DNA of 17,068 nucleotides from a bacterium (GTDB lineage Bacteria > SZUA-182 > DTGQ01 > JAFGSM01), in the NCBI GenBank assembly GCA_049472355.1, contig JBLIRP010000082.1, forward strand, positions 1-17,068. The letters are read 5' to 3'. Below the pieces are notes generated by a model. The model did not search any database and was not told where the DNA came from. It saw nothing but the letters and a program-made list of their open reading frames with translations. This document shows positions 1 through 6,967 of the stretch, piece by piece. How positions within the stretch are numbered: position 1 is the first letter of the stretch; each line of letters opens with the position of its first letter. Position numbers and translations under genes: made by a program.

Positions 1-1
1 G

Positions 2-979
2 GTGCAGGGCCAGAAGCTTCCCATATTCTCGGGAAGCGGTCTTCCCCACAACGAGCTTGCCGCCCAGATCGTGCGGCAGGCCACGGTGCCCGGCCACAAC
101 GAGCGGTTTGCCATCGTATTTGCCGCCATGGGCATAAAAAACGACGTGGCCCACATGTTCCGCACGAGCTTCGAGGAGAGCGGGGCCATCTCGCGGGTGG
201 TCATGTTCCTGAACCTGGCGAACGACCCCTCCATCGAGCGGCTGGTGACCCCGCGATCGGCCCTCACCGTTGCCGAGTACCTGGCCTTCGAGCAGGGCAT
301 GCACGTGCTGGTGATCCTCACGGACATGACCAACTACTGCGAGGCCCTGCGGGAGATCGCCAGTTCCAAGGGGGAGATCCCCAGCCGCAAGGGGTATCCG
401 GGGTATCTGTACAGCGACCTTGCCTCCATCTACGAGCGGGCGGGAAAGATCATCGGGTGTAAGGGCTCCATCACCCAGATCCCCATCCTCACCATGCCGA
501 ACGACGACATCACCCACCCCATCCCCGACCTCACCGGGTTCATCACCGAGGGGCAGATCGTGCTGGACCGGGAGCTGAACAAGAAGGGGATCTATCCGCC
601 GATCAATGTGCTGCCCAGCCTTTCCCGGCTCATGAACGACGGCATCGGTGCGGAAAAGACCCGTGAGGACCACGCGAACATATCCAATCAGCTCTATGCG
701 GCGTATTCGTATGTACGGAAGGTGGAAACCCTCGCCTCCATCATAGGGGAAAACGAGCTGTCGGACAAGGACAAACGATACCTGGAGTTCGGCAGGGCCT
801 TCGAGGAGCGATTCATCAAACAGGGCCTCCACGAGGAACGAGGCATTGCAGAAACCCTGGACCTGGCCTGGGAGTTGGTGTCCATCCTGCCCAAGGAGGA
901 GCTGATCCGGGTGAGCGAAAAACAGATCGAGGCGCACTATGGAAACAGGAAAGAAGGATGTGAATGTCTCGACGATTGA
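2..979 (+). CDS. ntpB: V/A-type ATP synthase subunit B, 5'-truncated by the window edge
   Basis: Motifs [74 protein letters not shown] and [14 protein letters not shown]. The frame is open from the first bases and is followed by subunit D. Confidence 0.97.
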   Translation: MQGQKLPIFSGSGLPHNELAAQIVRQATVPGHNERFAIVFAAMGIKNDVAHMFRTSFEESGAISRVVMFLNLANDPSIERLVTPRSALTVAEYLAFEQGMHVLVILTDMTNYCEALREIASSKGEIPSRKGYPGYLYSDLASIYERAGKIIGCKGSITQIPILTMPNDDITHPIPDLTGFITEGQIVLDRELNKKGIYPPINVLPSLSRLMNDGIGAEKTREDHANISNQLYAAYSYVRKVETLASIIGENELSDKDKRYLEFGRAFEERFIKQGLHEERGIAETLDLAWELVSILPKEELIRVSEKQIEAHYGNRKEGCECLDD

Positions 980-1584
980 ACGTCTCCGTCACCAAGAGCA
1001 ATGTCCTGCGGATAAAGGAGGAGCTGGAGTTCGCCCAGGAGGGGTATGACCTGCTCGAACAAAAGCGTGAGGTCCTGGTGATGGAGGTCATGGGCCTCAT
1101 TGAGGAGTTTCGGCGTTGCAAGGGAGAGGTTGCGGAATCACTTGGCCGGGCCTATGCACAGCTCCGCACCGCCACCGTGGTGTGTGGCAAAAAGGGAGTG
1201 GAGAAGGCGGCCCTGTCCGCGGTCTGCTGCGAAAACATCCGGATCAAGGACCGCAGCATCATGGGCATCGTGGTCCCCATCGTTACCTACAGCCGCTCGG
1301 AGAACTGCTGCAACCAGTATGGGTTCCAGGAGACATCCTACTGCCTTGACAAGACCGTGAAGGAGTTTTCCGATTGCATGGACAAGCTCGCCAGGCTCGC
1401 CCAGATCGAGATCACCCTCTGGCGGCTTGCCGCTGAGTTGAAAAAGACCCAGCGACGGGCAAATGCACTCCACAGCATCTTCATCCCCGAATACCGCGAC
1501 ACCATCAAATACCTGGAGGATAACCTCGAGGAAAAGGAGCGCGAGGAACTCTTCCAACTCAAACGGGTCAAGAAGAAGGGGTAG
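964..1584 (+). CDS. ntpD: V/A-type ATP synthase subunit D (central stalk)
   Basis: [35 protein letters not shown] and [16 protein letters not shown]. Overlaps the end of subunit B by 16 nt, SD-like AAGGA upstream, canonical B-D order. Confidence 0.95.
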   Translation: MSRRLNVSVTKSNVLRIKEELEFAQEGYDLLEQKREVLVMEVMGLIEEFRRCKGEVAESLGRAYAQLRTATVVCGKKGVEKAALSAVCCENIRIKDRSIMGIVVPIVTYSRSENCCNQYGFQETSYCLDKTVKEFSDCMDKLARLAQIEITLWRLAAELKKTQRRANALHSIFIPEYRDTIKYLEDNLEEKEREELFQLKRVKKKG

Positions 1585-1970
1585 GTTGCATCAGAGGCAT
1601 GGGGACCTTTGCACTACAGTGCAACATACATAGCATAAATAAATCAAAAAAATTTAAAAAATTAACAAAAAAACTGGATTATTGAACTCTTTCATATCCC
1701 CCGGTACGTATTTTTAAATCGGATCGATTATAGAATGAACCAACATATTGTAAAATATAAAATTGCCTTTATGATTGATCCCATTGAACATTATATTGCA
1801 CTGTCGTAGCCGCATTATTTGGTATTTTTGCATTATTAGTACATTATTATTTTCTGTTACGGGAATGCGCACAAGGAACATAAAATGCATTTCATAACGG
1901 TAGAGATCAAAATTTTCCGATCAAAAACAAGGACTTTCCTTCATCCATGATTCATACAGGGGGGATTACC

Positions 1971-2054
1971 ATGATCAATCTAATTATAAGTATGCTCTTG
2001 ATGACATGCCTTGGCATCGTGTGTGTGTATACCTCAAATATTAACATAGTGTAA
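1971..2054 (+). CDS. Putative 27-aa hydrophobic single-TM mini-protein MINLIISMLLMTCLGIVCVYTSNINIV (not in the ORF track)
   Basis: AGGGGGG SD-like run 6 nt before ATG 1971, TAA at 2052-2054, no charged residues, AT-rich upstream region and an intrinsic terminator ~50 nt downstream. Confidence 0.55.
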   Translation: MINLIISMLLMTCLGIVCVYTSNINIV

Positions 2055-2106
2055 GAAATCCCAACCCCCTCCTATCTCTCTTCAAACCGAGTGATAGGGG
2101 TCTTTG

Positions 2107-2141
2107 ACAGGGCTGCCTGCACGCGGGCGGCCCTGTTTTTT
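2107..2141 (+). terminator. Rho-independent terminator
   Basis: ACAGGGCTGCCTG-CACG-CGGGCGGCCCTGT 13-bp stem (two G-U pairs) running into a T tract. Confidence 0.8.
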
Positions 2142-2316
2142 CCATACCATTAATTATTCCGCACAATATTTTATTCCGATACCCTGTCATATGAAGCTTG
2201 ATTCCTCCCCTTATTTTGAACCCAGTGCGCCCACCGGTGGGCACCCTCGTGAACAATATTCCAGGTCGCTGTTCCTTGTGTCGAGCAATACCGAAAGGCG
2301 TGGTACGATTGGAAGA

Positions 2317-2805
2317 TCAAAAGGGCAGGGAATAGGTAATCTTCAACGATTCGATCCCTGGGTTTTTGTTGCTGAAACTCGCATTGGAATAGTGCCCGAA
2401 TGACACACCAACACGGGAATGATCGTTGAAATGATAGCTGATTTCAAAGGAGGATCTGAATTCGAGGGCATATCCGAGATCGATTGCATTGTGCGTGTCA
2501 TAGTAACCCCCGCCAAAACTCGGGGTGCAAATCCAGTGTTCACCCAGGGGAACATCCAGAAGGAAGCCCGTTCCCAGGTACACGACATGTCTCGTCCCTT
2601 CAACGGTAAACCATGGGGTCAGGGTATAGAAACGACAAGAAGGCCGGTATTCAACCACCAGGTATCCCTCCTGTTTGTCGTCCAGAACGCCGCCGACACC
2701 AATGCCGAGGGTTAACAGCGATTCCTCGTTTGCATACGAACATAGGGGAAAAAGAAGGATACAAAGGCACAGCAAGGTAACATATCTCCAGTCCATCCTG
2801 GACAT
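2317..2805 (-). CDS. pagL: PagL-family lipid A 3-O-deacylase (acyloxyacyl hydrolase) outer-membrane beta-barrel; start uncertain (2862, 2805 or 2796)
   Basis: Signal peptide (WRYVTLLCLCILLFPLCSYA), LG..LEFRS motif, catalytic-type HYSNA....NPGIES segment as in PagL, and a C-terminal aromatic ending (YSLPF). Confidence 0.8.
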   Translation of the reverse strand: MSRMDWRYVTLLCLCILLFPLCSYANEESLLTLGIGVGGVLDDKQEGYLVVEYRPSCRFYTLTPWFTVEGTRHVVYLGTGFLLDVPLGEHWICTPSFGGGYYDTHNAIDLGYALEFRSSFEISYHFNDHSRVGVSFGHYSNASFSNKNPGIESLKITYSLPF

Positions 2806-2818
2806 TCCCCGTGCCCGA

Positions 2819-2896
2819 CTACCCAATCTCCCCATTCCTGCCCTCAAGCTCCCTTGTGTCATAATTACTATGACAGGGGGTACATTCTATGCGCAT
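2819..2896 (-). CDS. Possible mini-ORF MRIECTPCHSNYDTRELEGRNGEIG (CxxCH / half zinc ribbon); alternative start 2911
   Basis: AAGGA 6 nt upstream of ATG 2896, GGAGG upstream of ATG 2911, stop 13 nt before the ATG at 2805. Very short, could be chance. Confidence 0.3.
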   Translation of the reverse strand: MRIECTPCHSNYDTRELEGRNGEIG

Positions 2897-3042
2897 CGTG
2901 CGTCCTTCCATTGGTAAAACGCCTCCGATCGGTCCCCGGATCAGCGCTCCATTTTGCCCTGTCGTGCAATGCATTCCGCTGAATTGCCGATCGACGTCCC
3001 CACAGCACCAACCTCCATCAATTGCGTCTGCATACGTACAAA

Positions 3043-3058
3043 AGCAAACATCATGCCG
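3043..3058 (-). promoter_or_regulatory. Putative sigma-54 (-24/-12) promoter facing the pagL-like gene
   Basis: Minus strand reads CGGCATG-ATGT-TTGCT, an exact GG-N10-GC spacing close to TGGCACG-N4-TTGC(A/T), in an intergenic region. Confidence 0.6.
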
Positions 3059-3221
3059 GAACAGGCAGGGGATATTTCGAGGTGATTTACAGGGGATTAC
3101 CGAGCAGGCGGGTACGTAGTGAGGAAGAAATTACACCGTGGTGACGATAAATATTATAGATTTTTTTATTTTAAATTCCGTATTATTCTATATGCTGCTA
3201 GTGACCATACGAATGAAGCCT

Positions 3222-3307
3222 CCCCGCAGCAAGCTGCGGGGTTTAAAAAACGAACTTTATTATGTTGACGAAGCAAGCTTCGGAGAATTTAACCCTTAGA
3301 GATTAAA
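3222..3307 (+). repeat. Palindromic dispersed repeat, copy 1 (REP/MITE-like)
   Basis: Hairpin CCCCGCAGC-AA-GCTGCGGGG, second hairpin CGAAGC-AA-GCTTCG and tail GGAGAATTTAACCCTTAGAGATTAAA. Homologous to 10618-10672 (+) and 14177-14259 (-). Confidence 0.8.
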
Positions 3308-3315
3308 AGGAATGC

Positions 3316-5541
3316 GTGCTGATGCCTCATTCGCCCAGTCCTCCTGCTATCTCCCAGGTTGAAGAGGGTGTTCCCCTTGACACCAAGCGGCTCTCCCAGG
3401 CGATCATCGAACTTACCATCGCCCGTAAAAATTTCGTGATATATCCGGCCGGGCATATCCAGACCACCCAGAGTGTTGATCGGGCACATGAGCTTCTCAG
3501 CGAGATCCTTGCGATCCTCCCCGAAATAACGGTCGGAGTGGCAAGGGATAACCTTCTCATCGGAAACGACTACCTCAATAAGGGGAATCCGGTGTTCAAG
3601 GAATTCAGCCTGGCCTTGAGTCAATACGAAATCGCAGGGCTCACCATATCCAGGGGAATGGACAGGGAGGAGCTCTTTCGTTTTCTTCGAGTCCTCACCA
3701 AAAAACCGGAGGACGTGCGAAGTGCGGGGGGCCTGAACAGGATTCTTTCCGAAAAGGGTGTAGCCCATGTAAGGATCAAGAATATCGACTACAGCGGGCT
3801 GCACCTCACCGAGGAACAACGGATCACGCGTCCGCGGCCCCTGGAGGCGCAGAATTCAAACGCCCACGTTTGGCGTGATTTCGTGGCAAATCTGCTTGAA
3901 AATCGTTTGGCCCCAAACGAACAAGGCTTCTGTTTCCACAAGGAGGATGAAATCGATCCCAGGGAGCTCGCCCGGTTTATCAACGAGAACACATTGGACG
4001 CGGATGAGGTTGCAGACTGCTATGATCGAATCATCGCCAGGCATCTGACGGAGCTGAGAGGACGGGGACGAGTGGATGGGGAGGAATCCGAGACCCGGGA
4101 GAAATTCGTTACCCTGATCAAGGAGTTGCGCCCGGAGCTCAGGCGCCAGCTTCTCTCAGTGGTTTTCGATCACTACACCAACAAGGGCGCGACAGGGGAC
4201 CTGCTGAACACGTTCCCCGAGGATCTGGTGCTGGAAATGATTCACCAGGCCAATGACGAGGGAAGGACCATCTCCCCCTCGCTCATGAAGCTCATGTCCA
4301 AGCTATCGGCCGCTTCGAACCGAATCCATGAGAATGCCTCAACCGGAGACCCGTCCTCCGAGGTCCCCTGTGAACAAATGAAGGCACTCTTTGAACATGA
4401 GAATCATGAGGAATATGTAGAGGCGGAATACGAGTCCATGCTCTCGAATCTTGTCAGGAGGCAGCCGGGGGCACGCACCGTGGAAGGGGAGGGATTCCGC
4501 ATTGATGAGCACCTCGAATCGCTGAAGGAGGATCATCTGGATTTCCAGATTGCCCGGGCACTCCTCGCATTCATGAATGAAGACATAGAGGAGGAGGAAT
4601 ACGAGGACTTCTCCCGGACCTTGCTCACCAGTGTTGAGGCGCTTTTGCAAAGCGGGAGATTCGAATTCCTCAACGACGTGATCATGACCCTCCTGCGTCA
4701 CGGCATTGAAAAGCAGCAGAAGCATATCCAGTCCGTGGCGGAACAGTCGCTAAAACACCTCTTGAAGCACCATTTCCTCTCAAAGGCCATCGCCGTCGCC
4801 AAAAAATGGGAACACAAGAAGAAGGAGGAGGCGCTCGGCTTCCTCAAAAATTTGGGACCGGTCATCGTGCCCGCGCTCATCGCGCATTACCTGGAAAAGG
4901 AGGATAAAGACGAGGAGGATATCATTCTCACCCTTCTCGGCCATTTCAAAGATACAACACTGAGCGAAGCGAAAAGGCTCATGCAGCAAACGGATCATCT
5001 CACCAAGAAGGGTCTTGCACTCCTCATCAACCGAATGGGAGAATACGCGGATGTTCCCCTGCTGAAGCAGATGCTGGAGCATCCCGACGAAGATGTCAGC
5101 ATGGAGGCCCTGGATGCACTCCTTCGCCTGAAGGACCCATGGGCAGTAATTGTGCTTCGAAAGCGGCTCAACGCCAAAAAACCGGAGACCTTTGCCCGTG
5201 CCGTCTCCCTTGCCGGAAAATACCATGTATCCGAGGCCGTTGATGACCTGATCAACGGGATAAAACAGATCACCTTGTTCAAAGCGGATCATGCAATGAA
5301 CGAGATCATCGTCGAGGCGCTCGGCCGGATTGGAAATCCCCGTGCCATACCGGTTCTGGAGAAACTGTGCAAGGGTTCCTGGCCCTTCGGTGCAAAAGGG
5401 ACCGCGCGGATAAAACACGTGGTTTTCGCATCCCTCGAACGCTATCCCCGCGAGAGCGTCAGGGGCCTCATTGCAATTGGCGGACGATCAAAGGACGAAA
5501 GAATAAAAGAGGCCTGCAGGAAGCTGTTGAAGGTTGGGTAA
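3316..5541 (+). CDS. HEAT-repeat domain protein with an N-terminal domain shared with the downstream HD-GYP protein (start may be ATG 3322)
   Basis: 741-aa helical ORF with C-terminal HEAT/PBS-lyase-like repeats (VPLLKQMLEHPDEDVSMEALDALLRL, IVEALGRIGNPRAIPVLEKL). No catalytic motif recognised. Confidence 0.85.
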   Translation: MLMPHSPSPPAISQVEEGVPLDTKRLSQAIIELTIARKNFVIYPAGHIQTTQSVDRAHELLSEILAILPEITVGVARDNLLIGNDYLNKGNPVFKEFSLALSQYEIAGLTISRGMDREELFRFLRVLTKKPEDVRSAGGLNRILSEKGVAHVRIKNIDYSGLHLTEEQRITRPRPLEAQNSNAHVWRDFVANLLENRLAPNEQGFCFHKEDEIDPRELARFINENTLDADEVADCYDRIIARHLTELRGRGRVDGEESETREKFVTLIKELRPELRRQLLSVVFDHYTNKGATGDLLNTFPEDLVLEMIHQANDEGRTISPSLMKLMSKLSAASNRIHENASTGDPSSEVPCEQMKALFEHENHEEYVEAEYESMLSNLVRRQPGARTVEGEGFRIDEHLESLKEDHLDFQIARALLAFMNEDIEEEEYEDFSRTLLTSVEALLQSGRFEFLNDVIMTLLRHGIEKQQKHIQSVAEQSLKHLLKHHFLSKAIAVAKKWEHKKKEEALGFLKNLGPVIVPALIAHYLEKEDKDEEDIILTLLGHFKDTTLSEAKRLMQQTDHLTKKGLALLINRMGEYADVPLLKQMLEHPDEDVSMEALDALLRLKDPWAVIVLRKRLNAKKPETFARAVSLAGKYHVSEAVDDLINGIKQITLFKADHAMNEIIVEALGRIGNPRAIPVLEKLCKGSWPFGAKGTARIKHVVFASLERYPRESVRGLIAIGGRSKDERIKEACRKLLKVG

Positions 5542-5683
5542 AGAATGGGTAACAAAATGGGTACTACAGAGCAAACGCTCATGCCGCTTGAGCGGCGCCA
5601 CGAAGGATGAGAATATAATATTTTCAGATGAATACAGGATATTTTCGTAACAAATATTACAAAATGGTTAACAAAACGGGTAC
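5535..5683. repeat. Two clusters of short direct repeats TGG(G/T)TAACAAAA between the HEAT and HD-GYP genes
   Basis: AATGGGTAACAAAATGGGTAC (5544-5564) versus AATGGTTAACAAAACGGGTAC (5663-5683), 19/21 identical. TGGGTA occurs at 5535, 5546 and 5558. Confidence 0.6.
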
Positions 5684-5727
5684 CGTATAACATATATTAT
5701 TTATAGAGACGTTACAGGGGGGGGGAA

Positions 5728-6867
5728 ATGCAGGACAAGGACTGCCGCCATGATCTTTTTCAGGTGATCATTCAATTAACCGCGGCAATTACCAATATCC
5801 ACCTTTACGGCCCCAGCCATCCGCAGGTAAGCCAGTGTATCGAAACGGCGTACGGGAGGCTGGCCGAACCGCTCCGGAACAGGTCCGAGGTTACCCTTTT
5901 CATCGTTGGGGATGACATTGTTGCGGACAACAGGCCGCTTCCCTCCGGAGGTCATTTCACAACCAAGTTCATCACCCTGTTGCGGGGCGCCGGCATAGAA
6001 CGGCTGACCTTCCTGCCGGGACTCCAGAAGGACGATCTCGATCGACTGATCCGGGACCTTGCCTCGCCGGGGACCGCTCCCCTATGCACGGGCCCCCGAA
6101 TAAAACTGGGGAAGGTGGAGCTCAGAATCGCCGGGAAGGGTTCCGAATGGGCAGGCACAACGGAGCCCGAATCCGAGGCCCTGCGGGCGGCAGCCGGGCT
6201 GCAGGGGACCCACCTTGATCATGTTAAGGAGCTCTACCGCATGGCGAAACGTCGCGGAAAGATCAATATCCTGGGCATCGAGGACGTCATCAACTCCTTC
6301 ATGGAATGCTTCAGGCAGGGAATCAACCCGTTTCGCCTGCTAACCTCCCTGAAGTCCTCGGATGAGTATACCTTCACCCATGTGGTCAATGTCTGCATCC
6401 TGACCATGGCACAGGCGGAGGTCCTGGGCTTTGGCGACGAGCATCTCTATCGGATAGGGATCGCCGCGGCCCTCCATGATGTGGGAAAGCTCTTCATACC
6501 CGAGGAAATCCTGAACAAACCGGGTACCCTCACCCAGGAGGAAAGGGCGGTGGTGGAAACGCATTCCCTCAGGGGAGCCCGGTATATCATGTCACTCGAC
6601 AAGATCCCCAAGCTTGCCGTACTGGGAGCACTCGAGCACCACATAAAATACGACGGCACCGGGTACCCGAAGATCACCCGGCAGTGGACGCCGAACATCA
6701 TAAGCCAGCTCATCGCCATTTCCGATGTCTACGATGCGCTGCGAAGCAAACGCTCCTACAGCGATCCGAAGCCCCAGGAGGTGATCGTGAAAATCCTGCA
6801 GGATGAAAAGGGGAGGTCGTTCAATCCCCATCTCGTGGAAAGCTTCTTGAAGATGATCACCATCTGA
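5728..6867 (+). CDS. HD-GYP domain cyclic-dinucleotide phosphodiesterase
   Basis: DEYTFTH, LHDVGK, ILNKPGTLT.EE, THSLRG, EHHIKYDGTGYP and ISDVYDAL..KRSY motifs, with a G-rich SD before the ATG. Confidence 0.93.
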   Translation: MQDKDCRHDLFQVIIQLTAAITNIHLYGPSHPQVSQCIETAYGRLAEPLRNRSEVTLFIVGDDIVADNRPLPSGGHFTTKFITLLRGAGIERLTFLPGLQKDDLDRLIRDLASPGTAPLCTGPRIKLGKVELRIAGKGSEWAGTTEPESEALRAAAGLQGTHLDHVKELYRMAKRRGKINILGIEDVINSFMECFRQGINPFRLLTSLKSSDEYTFTHVVNVCILTMAQAEVLGFGDEHLYRIGIAAALHDVGKLFIPEEILNKPGTLTQEERAVVETHSLRGARYIMSLDKIPKLAVLGALEHHIKYDGTGYPKITRQWTPNIISQLIAISDVYDALRSKRSYSDPKPQEVIVKILQDEKGRSFNPHLVESFLKMITI

Positions 6868-6967
6868 GCGGAATCGGGGCCCGGGGTTCGAATGATCCTC
6901 GATCGGGCATGGCAGTGATCGTTGGCTTCATCCGACCGGTCTTCGCGCCCCCGGTCAACCACCCGGC

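Noticed and set aside
1609..1624. NtrC binding site
   Set aside because: The half-sites resemble TGCAC, but the spacing is shorter than in TGCACC-N5-GGTGCA.
2041..2256. Minus-strand 71-aa ORF (internal ATG after GGGGAGG)
   Set aside because: It runs through the terminator hairpins and overlaps the mini-gene stop, the SD spacing is long, and it has no protein features.
2930..3105. Fragments resembling a c-di-GMP-I (GEMM) riboswitch (ACAGGGCAAA on the minus strand, GGGGATTACCGA on the plus strand)
   Set aside because: The pieces are on opposite strands, and the GNRA loop and GACGCAAAGC core are missing. An Infernal scan would settle it.
3289..5418. Minus-strand ORFs (176, 128 and 212 aa) within the HEAT gene
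   Set aside because: Antisense to a longer coherent CDS, with no motifs.
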